Shown piece by piece: positions 55,377 to 64,000 of a stretch of DNA of 64,000 bases. The position numbers and the translations under genes are program-made. Positions within the stretch are counted from its first letter, which is position 1. Every line of letters begins with the position of its first letter. The notes beneath the pieces were generated by a model. It saw only the letters and a program-made list of their open reading frames with translations. It was not told the origin of the DNA and ran no database searches. Origin of the DNA: Ignavibacteriota bacterium (GTDB taxonomy: Bacteria > Bacteroidota > Ignavibacteria > UBA10030); contig OY969585.1 of NCBI GenBank assembly GCA_963701295.1, positions 576,001 through 640,000 on the forward strand. The letters run 5' to 3'.

Positions 55377-56519
55377 CTATACTCCGACACAGACTTTTCG
55401 AACAACATCAGCAACACGGTGCAGGTCGCTTGTTGTCATTGCTGATCCACTCGGGAGACAGAGCCCTTCTGCAAAGAGCTTTTCTGTAACAGCACCTCCT
55501 CGTATGCGGCAAGAATGAAATACAGGCTGAAGGTGCATCGGCTTCCAGAGCGGGCGCGATTCAATATTTTCTTTTTCGAGTGCAAGCCGGATATCCTCTC
55601 TTGAAGCTCTTGAGTGTGAAGGATCGACAGTGATGCATGTAAGCCAATAATTAGGCTCACCATACGATGCAATAGGCATGAATTTCATTCCAGCAACATC
55701 CGCGAAGGCTTCTCGGTAGAAACGATTAATTTCTTTCCGGCGGGCAATTTTCTTATCAAGGTTTTCCAATTGGCCTCGGCCAATTGCAGCAAGAATATTG
55801 CTCAGACGATAATTATAACCAATAGAAGAGTGTTGGTAATGCGGGGCCGGATCACGCGCTTGTGTCGCTAAAAACCGCGCATGGTCCACATATACTTTGT
55901 TGGCAGACACGAGCATTCCACCGCCGCTTGTCGTAATGATTTTATTCCCGTTAAATGAGAAAACACCCATGACGCCAAATGAACCGGCAGATTTTCCCTT
56001 GTATGTTGTACCAAGCGCTTCCGCCGCATCCTCAATGATTGGCACTCCATACTCTGCACAAATCTTGAGAATAGGGTCATAATCCGCCGACTGGCCGTAG
56101 AGGTCGACAACGATTAACGCGCGTGGAAGTTTTCCTTTTTTGCTGCATACGCGGAGTTCTTCTTCGAGTAAAAGTGGATCCAGGTTCCATGTGGTTGTAT
56201 TGCTGTCGATGAATACCGGAGAGGCGCCACAGTAGGCTATAGGATTTGCCGACGCGGAAAATGTAAACGTCGAGCAGAGCACTTCGTCACCTTGTTGGAC
56301 ACCAAGATTGATAAGTGCCAAGTGAAGAGCCGATGTTCCGCTTGCTAAAGCGGCAGCATGAGGAACACCAACCCGTGCACAAATATCGTGCTCAAATGCA
56401 TCCACTTGCGGTCCGAGTGTCGTTATCCAGTTCGATTCAAATGCTTGGAGGAGAAGCTCACGTTCCCTTCCATCGAGGTGAGGCGGAGAAAGATAAATAC
56501 GGTTCGTTTTCAAATCCAT
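55377..56519 (-). CDS. DegT/DnrJ/EryC1/StrS aminotransferase (PglE/EpsN-like)
   Basis: IYLSPPH, SGTSALHLAL, EDAAEALG, SFNGNKIITTSGGG, GYNYRLSN, RPLWKPMH. Confidence 0.95.
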   Translation of the reverse strand: MDLKTNRIYLSPPHLDGRERELLLQAFESNWITTLGPQVDAFEHDICARVGVPHAAALASGTSALHLALINLGVQQGDEVLCSTFTFSASANPIAYCGASPVFIDSNTTTWNLDPLLLEEELRVCSKKGKLPRALIVVDLYGQSADYDPILKICAEYGVPIIEDAAEALGTTYKGKSAGSFGVMGVFSFNGNKIITTSGGGMLVSANKVYVDHARFLATQARDPAPHYQHSSIGYNYRLSNILAAIGRGQLENLDKKIARRKEINRFYREAFADVAGMKFMPIASYGEPNYWLTCITVDPSHSRASREDIRLALEKENIESRPLWKPMHLQPVFHSCRIRGGAVTEKLFAEGLCLPSGSAMTTSDLHRVADVVRKVCVGV

Positions 56520-56750
56520 GATTCCTTCAATGATGATATACAGTGTTTATAAATCGTCCTCTTGATAATCCAGAATTTACGCTGGACGTTCAGCGTTCAC
56601 GACTATTGACGCGCCCCAATTCCCTTAATATTCTTGCATTAGGAAGTTGATATGCGGAATATAATTTATGAAGACGAACCAATTCCTTCGCATCGGGAAT
56701 CCTTGTTAGTCTCAGATTTATATTTGCATCTGATTGCTCTGGGCCGCATC

Positions 56751-57638
56751 CTAAGTAGTATGAATCCCAGTTATGCCCGTGGTTTGGTTCTTTGTAAGTC
56801 CAGCCAGCATTTCGCTCAACAGCCATAACTTCTCGGCGATCGCTACATCGTACGACTCGCTGGAAGAGCGAATTGCTTTGCAATCGTAAAAATATTTGCC
56901 TATCATACCTTCCACATCCGGAGATGCGGCAAGATAAACGATTGTTTTCGCACCATCTTCTGGACTGATCAACTCCCGTTTCACTAGATTACGTAATTTT
57001 GTTTTCAGCCAACTATTGTTGCTGCCAAAGTTTGTTGCGACGATTCCCGGGTGAAGCGCATTGGCAGTGACATGTGTGCCTTCCAAACGCCGGGCAAGAG
57101 CATAGGTAAAAAGAAGATTCGCAAGTTTCGATTGCGCGTACGCCTGAATGCGGTTATAGCTCCGCTCCGACTGCAGGTCTTCGAAGTTGATACTCCCTTG
57201 CTCATGCGCGGCAGAAGAAACCATTACAATTCTTGCTGAGGTGCTCGCCTTCAACTTATCGAGAAGCAGGTGGGTAAGCAAAAAGCAGCTCATATGATTG
57301 AGGGCAAACGTCATTTCGAGGCTGTCCACACTGACAGTTCGCTTCGCAAAAATAGCGCCTGCATTGTTGATGAGTACATCAAGGTGGGAATAGCGGTTCA
57401 CAAACTCCCCGGCAAGCTGTCGAACCTGCTTTTGAGACGAAAGATCTGCTTGGAGAAAGTCTACTCGCGCATCTGGAACAGAGCGCCGGATCTTTTCAAC
57501 CTGACGCACACATTTTCCGGCGTTGCGTCCCACAATAATTACGGCAGCTCCGAGGTGTGACAACTGCCGTGCAGCCGCCGCACCTATGCCTGAGGTACCA
57601 CCGGTAATCAAGCAAATCTTATCGGTTGTATTTTTCAT
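56751..57638 (-). CDS. Short-chain dehydrogenase/reductase (retinol-DH-like)
   Basis: TGGTSGIG, INNAG, YAQSK (YxxxK), ALHPG. Confidence 0.92.
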   Translation of the reverse strand: MKNTTDKICLITGGTSGIGAAAARQLSHLGAAVIIVGRNAGKCVRQVEKIRRSVPDARVDFLQADLSSQKQVRQLAGEFVNRYSHLDVLINNAGAIFAKRTVSVDSLEMTFALNHMSCFLLTHLLLDKLKASTSARIVMVSSAAHEQGSINFEDLQSERSYNRIQAYAQSKLANLLFTYALARRLEGTHVTANALHPGIVATNFGSNNSWLKTKLRNLVKRELISPEDGAKTIVYLAASPDVEGMIGKYFYDCKAIRSSSESYDVAIAEKLWLLSEMLAGLTKNQTTGITGIHTT

Positions 57639-57720
57639 CTATCCTTAATACGATACCGATATTGCCATGCCGGAAGAGTTCTTTTTCCCGGTTACGCGTT
57701 ATTCGATAAGAGAGATCGTA

Positions 57721-59193
57721 TCACTTCATCAATTGCATTCTCTTGATATCGGTTTGCGTGGGTGTCGTCAACTTATAGAAATATATTCCGCTTGCACATC
57801 CCGATGCATCAAAGTTCATTTCGTAATTCTTCTGGGCTTCAGCAACTCCATCGAATAATGTTTTCACTTGCTGTCCTAACAAATTATAGACGACCAACTT
57901 TGCCTGTTCTGTCTTGGAGAGAGAAAACGAAATTTTCGTGCTCGGATTAAATGGATTTGGAAAATTTTGAACGAGTCCAAGAGCCGCTGGTGCCGACTTC
58001 ACTTCCAATTCTACATTCGCTGAGTACTTATACGCACCATCGTTATCAATTTGTTTCAGGCGATATACATAACTGCCGGAACTCAGTTTCGAATCGATAA
58101 ACGAGTATGCTTTCGGCGCATTGCTTGTGCCTGAGCCCTTCACAAATCCAATTTTCACCCAACTGTTCACCGCCATTCTCTCCACTTCAAACCCATAGTT
58201 ATTCACTTCCGTTGCCGTTTGCCAGTTAAGCGTAATATTATTTCCAATTGCTTGTGCTGTAAAAGATGTTAATTCTACCGGAAGCGGTGTACCGCTTGGA
58301 TTTTGCCATGCTAAATAAGGATATCCGTCATTAAATCCTGCATCCATATACCAAGTACTTGGAGACCATCCTGCACCAAGGAAAATGGAATTGGTTTTCA
58401 TATCAGCCGTCAATTCGCCCGTACCACCATGAGTGTCTGACCGCCCTGAAGTCGTTTCATCATAGAAACAATTAGTAATGAAAACGGCATTACCTGCATT
58501 TCCCGAAAAACCGCCAACGGAGGCATCAACTAATACAACAACAGCCCCCGTGCTGTAGCAATTTGAAATAACAGGAGCACTATAAGTTCCATCGATATAT
58601 CCCACAAAGCCGCCAACATTCCCATTACCAGTAACAGCGGCCCTACTATAGCAATTTGAAATGATGTCGGTAGACGTATAACTTCCTATAACGCCTCCGA
58701 CATGACTTCCGCCTGTAACACTGCCTGTGGTGTAGCAGTTAGAAATGGTACAACCACCTAATGCTGAATATCCTACCAAACCACCAACATCATAACTACC
58801 TGCAATATTGACTCCTTCCACACCAAGATTTTTGATTTCAGCTCCGATAATACTGCCGAATAATCCTTGATAGTCTGCAGTGTTGTTAATCATTAAATTT
58901 ATAATTTTCTTGCCGTTACCGTTAAATTTTCCAGTGAAACTGTAGCTGCTGGAGCCATCACCAGAAATCGCCGGCCAGCCAGTACCAGAATTATACGGGG
59001 ATACATTCAAATCAATGTCATTGTTAAGGATAAAATAAGAGGAATAATAATTATGCACTTGAGCTAATTGTGCGGCAGTCGCGATTTGATATGGGGTGCT
59101 TGATGTTCCATCTCCTCCGGCAAATTGCGCTACGAGATTTTGCGTAGACAATAAAAACATCATAACAATGAGTGGTTTTAAAATATTTTTCAT
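57721..59193 (-). CDS. T9SS-sorted GLUG-repeat surface protein
   Basis: GGDGT..PYQI, FNGNG, repeated VGGLVG / VGGVIG / VGGFVG with ISNCY; PLPVELTSF domain; NFPNPFNP CTD. Confidence 0.88.
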   Translation of the reverse strand: MKNILKPLIVMMFLLSTQNLVAQFAGGDGTSSTPYQIATAAQLAQVHNYYSSYFILNNDIDLNVSPYNSGTGWPAISGDGSSSYSFTGKFNGNGKKIINLMINNTADYQGLFGSIIGAEIKNLGVEGVNIAGSYDVGGLVGYSALGGCTISNCYTTGSVTGGSHVGGVIGSYTSTDIISNCYSRAAVTGNGNVGGFVGYIDGTYSAPVISNCYSTGAVVVLVDASVGGFSGNAGNAVFITNCFYDETTSGRSDTHGGTGELTADMKTNSIFLGAGWSPSTWYMDAGFNDGYPYLAWQNPSGTPLPVELTSFTAQAIGNNITLNWQTATEVNNYGFEVERMAVNSWVKIGFVKGSGTSNAPKAYSFIDSKLSSGSYVYRLKQIDNDGAYKYSANVELEVKSAPAALGLVQNFPNPFNPSTKISFSLSKTEQAKLVVYNLLGQQVKTLFDGVAEAQKNYEMNFDASGCASGIYFYKLTTPTQTDIKRMQLMK

Positions 59194-59401
59194 GATGATA
59201 CCTCCATTGAATATTTTTTATTTCCACAAACAGTGGTTTAGTTATTTTCTTTTATTTGTCTTGAGCAAGATAATACATAGTTCAAATTCATTCTTCAACA
59301 CAGCAAAAAGAGCGCTGCTGAGAGAGAGTAACCCTTTGTTGTTTCCTGAAGGATATGCATCCCCACGGCGTTATTTTAATATAAGCATAAATACACACAT
59401 G

Positions 59402-60070
59402 TTACATGTCTCGAGTATCCGGGCTGCGCCGAGTAGTTTGTTCGGGCACAGGAATTGCAGGAACACCCACAACCGTCTTAAACGGAAGGACATCACGAAT
59501 GACCGCTGCCCCGGCACCGATAATAGCCCAATTGCCTATCATTCTATTGTGAATAACGGCACTCCCAATTCCAACGAACGCTCCTTTTCCCACTTTCACT
59601 CCTCCTCCGAGATGCACTCCGGGACAGATGTGAGCATGGGATTCGATCACAGAGTCATGATCGACCGTCGCACCTGTGTTTATAATGACATTGGAACCGA
59701 TTTGCGCGCCGCTGTTCACGACCACACCGGCGAACAAGACACTCCCATCTCCGACCACAACACTTGCTGCAACAGTAGCGCGGGGGTGGATCACGGATAT
59801 CACATTTTCGCCTTGTTTCTTCAAATCCATGTAGATATTCTGTCTGGTTAAATTATCTCCTATCCCTACGACCACTCCGTCATGCTCAAACTTCTCTATA
59901 TCGGAAATTCTTCCCAGGATTCGTATGCCGAGCTGTTTCTGATCCAGAAGTTTTCTATCATCGTCAAGAAACCCGACGACTTCATTCTTTTCGCCAAGCT
60001 GGTTACGGCTAATGAATGCATCAGCCACAACTCTCGCATGGCCTCCTGCACCTATGATCAGCACTTTCAT
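59402..60070 (-). CDS. Sugar N/O-acetyltransferase (PglD/NeuD family)
   Basis: IIGAGGHA, GFLDD, IHP, hexapeptide repeats, VDHD, VGVPA. Confidence 0.92.
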   Translation of the reverse strand: MKVLIIGAGGHARVVADAFISRNQLGEKNEVVGFLDDDRKLLDQKQLGIRILGRISDIEKFEHDGVVVGIGDNLTRQNIYMDLKKQGENVISVIHPRATVAASVVVGDGSVLFAGVVVNSGAQIGSNVIINTGATVDHDSVIESHAHICPGVHLGGGVKVGKGAFVGIGSAVIHNRMIGNWAIIGAGAAVIRDVLPFKTVVGVPAIPVPEQTTRRSPDTRDM

Positions 60071-60094
60071 CGTTTCATCCTTTCTTCTTCGCTG

Positions 60095-61225
60095 TTATGA
60101 CAACGAATTATGTTTTTCTTTTGATTCTCCGTGTTGAATTAAGATACCGGCAACTTGCCTCATGTCATTGCCATCATATCTTGCATCGCAGGCAATCGAA
60201 AGCATTCTTTTGCTCAACGAAATATCTTCGGCAGGTACTCCCTGAATTCTGGGAGAATCCAAGGGCCAGAGGACAGCAGGATAAATCCTCGACTGTATAA
60301 GCTTATGTCTCATGTACCGAGTTATTTCTTGAGAATGAAATATCAAAATCACAGAGTATGGAGAAACGCCGTTTTGAAATTTATGCTGAATGAATTTGAT
60401 CCAAGGAATCCCAGCTACAGATTCAGCCAGAATCTTGTAATTCTTGCTTCTGATGCTACGCCATCTATCAACCGGCGCTATTTTCAGAAAGCTTTCCACC
60501 CAAGGTGAGGCACCGGAAACTTGGCCCAAGGAAATATTCTGCTCTGCATGCATAGATAACTTTCGAAAAAGCATTTTACTATCAAAACCGCCTTCAAGGA
60601 AGCAGCTCTTCATGGCTAAAGCCGTGTGCTTTTGTATCGCAGCAAGATAATGTTCGTCAGTCAGCGGAGGAGACTTTGGAAGTCTTTTTCTGCGCGGCGA
60701 CCAGAGCACACCGCCATCCGGTACCGGAATCGTTTTACGCAATGACGCTACACACCAATCCGCCCGGCTGTGAAGAGCCCAATCAGAAAGCACATCATGC
60801 GAATGGTCTTCTATCACTTCCACAGTACCTGCAGCTTCGACATGATTTTGAGCACTTGGTTTAAACCCAAAAAAGTTGACAATAAAAGCAACGTCCCCCT
60901 TTTTGAAACGATCAAGCGGCAGAATCCCGGCGTTCCAGGGGTTCGATTGATACGTCAACACTTGAATGCCTGTGGTTACAATACTCCCAACAACTTCCTG
61001 GCAAAAATAGCTTGGTATCCAGAGGCGTTTCCATCCTTTTGATTGCATGCCTTGGAAGAGAAGGCAACGAAGAGCATCCCTCCCTGACCCAAAATATTGT
61101 GCATTGCTCCCCCATGGGCTCTCGAACCCTATTCCCGGGACAAGTTTCTTGGTCCAGCATAAATCTGAACCGACTTCCCATCGGTCTCTTATGTTCTTCT
61201 CTATTCCTCGGATACGAATCCCCAT
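60095..61225 (-). CDS. Divergent PLP-dependent (DegT-like fold) protein
   Basis: SGRDAL, PSYFC, VNFFG, IEDHSH, ASLRKTIPVPDGG, DARY. Confidence 0.65.
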   Translation of the reverse strand: MGIRIRGIEKNIRDRWEVGSDLCWTKKLVPGIGFESPWGSNAQYFGSGRDALRCLLFQGMQSKGWKRLWIPSYFCQEVVGSIVTTGIQVLTYQSNPWNAGILPLDRFKKGDVAFIVNFFGFKPSAQNHVEAAGTVEVIEDHSHDVLSDWALHSRADWCVASLRKTIPVPDGGVLWSPRRKRLPKSPPLTDEHYLAAIQKHTALAMKSCFLEGGFDSKMLFRKLSMHAEQNISLGQVSGASPWVESFLKIAPVDRWRSIRSKNYKILAESVAGIPWIKFIQHKFQNGVSPYSVILIFHSQEITRYMRHKLIQSRIYPAVLWPLDSPRIQGVPAEDISLSKRMLSIACDARYDGNDMRQVAGILIQHGESKEKHNSLS

Positions 61226-61249
61226 CGAATATTTATTCCAAATATGAAT

Positions 61250-62350
61250 TTAAGACTGAAGTGGCTTTTCAGAGTTATCTGTTACAGCTGACCTGTATAA
61301 TGGAAAATACATATGATTATCCTTACTCATTAGCGGCGCTGTTTCCCCAAATCTTTCACGAACGAGTGAGTCATACACAAGAGGCTGAACAATTAACTGC
61401 CATGTCATAAATTGATTGCGCGCTTTTGAAAAACCAGATTTGAAATGAAAGAGGGAATCCTGCGCACCTCCGACACCGCCCCCGAGGTGTAAAACTCGAG
61501 CACCCATAGAGACACCCCACTGACGAATCGAATTAAAAAGGAGCTTAACCGGAGCCATAGGAAGAAATTCATTGGGAGTTGCAGCGAGATGAATTTCAAT
61601 TATCCCGTTACATATCGTTATGAGTCCACCGGAGACCAATCTGCCTTGATACTCGCAGAAGCAAAGGAAAAGAAGATCGCCGAGTGAGCGTTTCAACCCA
61701 TGAAAATACGATTTGTCAAACTTGTAAAATGTATCAGCTCCAACACGCTGCATTGTTTCGAGGTACATATCGATGAACGCATCGTAGTGCTCCCACTGTG
61801 TATCCATGAAGGAGGTCATTCCTATCGCCTGTAGATGTTGAATATCCGATCTGTGATTCCTTCTGTAGGCAGACCATTGGTCCTTCTCGGGCAACGTAAG
61901 ATCGATTGAAACAGTCTCTCCTATTTGCCGACAGACGCCAAAATCCGATACCAATGACGCATTAGCAAGGAACGGATGAAGACGTGAAAAGACACTTACA
62001 AGACGTAAATTCATGAAAGCATCCATGAGTGTAGCATGAAAGTTCTTTAGTACTTCATCTGGTACCGGGAGACTTGAGCTCACCGGGCCGATATAACCAT
62101 AGGCAGATGTAGCATCAAACCAATCAAGTCCATCGTTATTCTCTTGGGATGATCGATTGATTTTCCGGATCAGCAATGGGAGGGCGATTGTATAGTCATC
62201 TTCAGAATAGACAAAGAGCATCGCTTTCCCTTCACATCTATCTTCAGCAAGCTTATGATATGAGTGAAGATGGAAAACGTCGAAGGCCTCTATAGATTCA
62301 AGAACCTGAAACCATTCTTTTTTATCGCTCGTTGTAAGGATGCGTAGCAT
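61250..62350 (-). CDS. GNAT / FemAB-like acyltransferase
   Basis: DATSAYGYIGP, FSRLHP, IDLT, YLETMQRVGA, LHLGGG, FKSGFS. Confidence 0.85.
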   Translation of the reverse strand: MLRILTTSDKKEWFQVLESIEAFDVFHLHSYHKLAEDRCEGKAMLFVYSEDDYTIALPLLIRKINRSSQENNDGLDWFDATSAYGYIGPVSSSLPVPDEVLKNFHATLMDAFMNLRLVSVFSRLHPFLANASLVSDFGVCRQIGETVSIDLTLPEKDQWSAYRRNHRSDIQHLQAIGMTSFMDTQWEHYDAFIDMYLETMQRVGADTFYKFDKSYFHGLKRSLGDLLFLCFCEYQGRLVSGGLITICNGIIEIHLAATPNEFLPMAPVKLLFNSIRQWGVSMGARVLHLGGGVGGAQDSLFHFKSGFSKARNQFMTWQLIVQPLVYDSLVRERFGETAPLMSKDNHMYFPLYRSAVTDNSEKPLQS

Positions 62351-62378
62351 TGTGTCTCATCTTAGAAATAGTATTACG

Positions 62379-63047
62379 TTACGGGGACGTTAGATTTTTG
62401 TCGGTTCCGCTCTTTGGATCCTCTGCTTTTAATGAAGAACCCATAAATTCCGGAGCAGAAACGTATCCTTCACTGCTAATCCCTTCCCGGCGAAGAACCT
62501 TCAAGAATGTCTTCGCGATAATATACATATCCAGTTTGAACGATTGGTGGTCTACGTACCAAACATCAAGCTTAAATTTTTCTTCCCAGGCAAGATCGTT
62601 GCGTCCATTAATTTGTACCCACCCTGTAATCCCGGGCATAACTTCATGGCGGCGTGCCTGTTCAGGAGTATACCGCTCCAGATACGGCATGATCAGCGGC
62701 CTCGGGCCGACGACGCTCATATCTCCTTTGAGCACGTTCCATATCTCGGGGAGCTCGTCGAGACTGAGACTGCGCAAAATTCTGCCAACGGGAGTAATGC
62801 GTTGCTCATCCGGCAGGAGACTGCCGTTTGCATCCCGCTGTTCGGTCATCGTTCGGAATTTGCAAATGATAAAGGGCTTTCCCATGAATCCTGGGCGTCT
62901 CTGCCGTAACATCACCGGCGAGCCGATCATAATTCTCAAGACTACATAAATCAGCAGAAGGAATGGCCAGATAAGAAGTAAAGCCAATAATGCCGCTGAG
63001 AGATCAAACATCCTTTTACTATACTGTCTGTAAACTTTGCTGCTCAT
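62379..63047 (-). CDS. Undecaprenyl-phosphate sugar phosphotransferase (PglC/EpsL-like)
   Basis: KRMFD, KFRTM, SLDELPE, GDMSVVGPRP, PGITGWVQINGRN, DVWYVD. Confidence 0.95.
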   Translation of the reverse strand: MSSKVYRQYSKRMFDLSAALLALLLIWPFLLLIYVVLRIMIGSPVMLRQRRPGFMGKPFIICKFRTMTEQRDANGSLLPDEQRITPVGRILRSLSLDELPEIWNVLKGDMSVVGPRPLIMPYLERYTPEQARRHEVMPGITGWVQINGRNDLAWEEKFKLDVWYVDHQSFKLDMYIIAKTFLKVLRREGISSEGYVSAPEFMGSSLKAEDPKSGTDKNLTSP

Positions 63048-63117
63048 TGAATATACTATGATAGTTGTGATAGTGTTAAATCGGTTTCATACATTTTTTG
63101 TCTGACTGCTCTGAGTA

Positions 63118-63771
63118 TCATTGCGGGATGGGTCTAGCAGGATTTCCAAAAACGTGTGATTTGGCAGGCAAAGATCGAATGACACACGACCCTGCTCCAA
63201 TCACGGTATCATCTCCGATGATGATCGGTTTTGTTGCTGTACTATTGACGATGACAGTACCTGCTCCAATGAAAACTCGCTTACCGATAATGACGGATCC
63301 GGCAATGCAAACATCCGGCCCAACAATAGAGTAGTCACCGATGACATCATTGTGTCCTATGGTCGCATGAAAGAGGATCGCTACATGCTGTCCGAGAACA
63401 ACGTCGGTGGTTAAAACACATCCGGCACAGATGATGCTGCCGATTCCCAAATCAACCGAAGAAGATAGTATAACACTTGGATGTACAAAGGTCTCAAAAG
63501 TCAAGCCTGCTTCCAGCACTTTTTTCGCTAATTGTTCTCTTACGTTTGGACCGCCAACAGCAATAATCACCCGTGCATCTGGAAATGTTCGAGCAACATG
63601 TGTCAGAGTGAATACCGGACTCCCATTGACTTGCCGGACTTGGCCCGGGTCGTCATCGATAAAACCTAGATACTGGTACTGCTTCTCCGACCAATGAGAC
63701 TCTCTGACCAACCACGCCACCTCGCGGCCCATCCCCCCAGCGCCATAAATCGCAACCTTGATTTTTTCCAT
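63118..63771 (-). CDS. Sugar acetyltransferase (NeuD/PglD/VioB family), second paralogue
   Basis: IYGAGGMGREV, GFIDD, VHP, hexapeptide repeats, IGHN, GNPAR. Confidence 0.9.
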   Translation of the reverse strand: MEKIKVAIYGAGGMGREVAWLVRESHWSEKQYQYLGFIDDDPGQVRQVNGSPVFTLTHVARTFPDARVIIAVGGPNVREQLAKKVLEAGLTFETFVHPSVILSSSVDLGIGSIICAGCVLTTDVVLGQHVAILFHATIGHNDVIGDYSIVGPDVCIAGSVIIGKRVFIGAGTVIVNSTATKPIIIGDDTVIGAGSCVIRSLPAKSHVFGNPARPIPQ

Positions 63772-63845
63772 GATAAGAAGTAATCCTCTCTTATAATCTG
63801 AACTTCTAAAGTAAATTCTTCTCTCAATCTAAATCATCGGGATCA

Positions 63846-63895
63846 GAATGACATTTTTCCCTTTTGTCATTCCCGCGGATTGTATGCGGAAATCT
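63846..63895. repeat. Degenerate REP-like palindromic element (GTCATTCCCGC type)
   Basis: GAATGACA ... TGTCATTCCCGC-N9-GCGGAAATC in intergenic DNA; single locus in the window. Confidence 0.35.
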
Positions 63896-63910
63896 AAAGA
63901 CTCCCTGACT

Positions 63911-64000
63911 TCACGTGACACCGGTATTTCTCTTCCAAATCCTGACAAACAAGAATATGACTGCGATGTTCGCCGACCACATCACGATCTCAAGCCACAT
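63911..64000 (-). CDS. 3' end of a membrane protein (continues beyond the window)
   Basis: Manual translation ...MWLEIVMWSANIAVIFLFVRIWKRNTGVT*; TM helix followed by a basic tail. Confidence 0.5.
   Translation of the reverse strand: MWLEIVMWSANIAVIFLFVRIWKRNTGVT

Noticed and set aside
59096-59851. 251-aa plus-strand ORF and other overlapping ORFs (e.g. 22114-22761, 62350-62949, 42685-43185, 21091-21552)
   Set aside because: Antisense or alternate-frame shadows of well-supported genes, with no recognisable motifs
1-64000. CRISPR array, rRNA, intact transposase or prophage genes
   Set aside because: No regularly spaced repeats, rRNA-like sequence or matching protein motifs seen

Overview
The window comes from a low-GC bacterium with type IX secretion (six NYPNPFNP-type C-terminal domains), most like Ignavibacteria or other Bacteroidota-Chlorobi group lineages; the taxonomy is inferred. 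It has five blocks. (1) 1-6120: the probable right end of a decayed genomic island. It holds a ferredoxin / ZAS anti-sigma / ECF sigma / NifX-like / DUF134 / CDF metal-redox module, a CLC transporter, a P3A H+-ATPase 3' fragment joined by a 7-bp microhomology to an unannotated integron-integrase 3' fragment, and the 3' half of tRNA-Glu (attR-like). (2) 6243-42306: a ~36 kb beta-mannan/glucomannan utilisation locus. It encodes an SBP + histidine kinase + sigma54 activator, GH9, an esterase, a cellobiose-2-epimerase-GH26 fusion whose signal peptide is cut off by an in-frame TGA, GH5-CBM32, a TonB-dependent receptor with no SusD, T9SS accessory proteins, GH130 phosphorylase, a second epimerase, CE2, GH2, a ROK kinase and an MFS permease. 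(3) 42778-44770: an MjaI-family restriction enzyme and a methyltransferase fused to a degenerate SNase domain. (4) 45157-52336: an uncharacterised AMP-ligase / HemK-like / VanZ-LamG / NadE-like / AsnB / ACP cluster. (5) 52662-64000: convergent with block 4, the distal end of a surface-polysaccharide locus (PglF/E/D/C-like, GNAT). No rRNA, intact tRNA or CRISPR array was seen. All product calls come from motif recognition by eye, not database searches.
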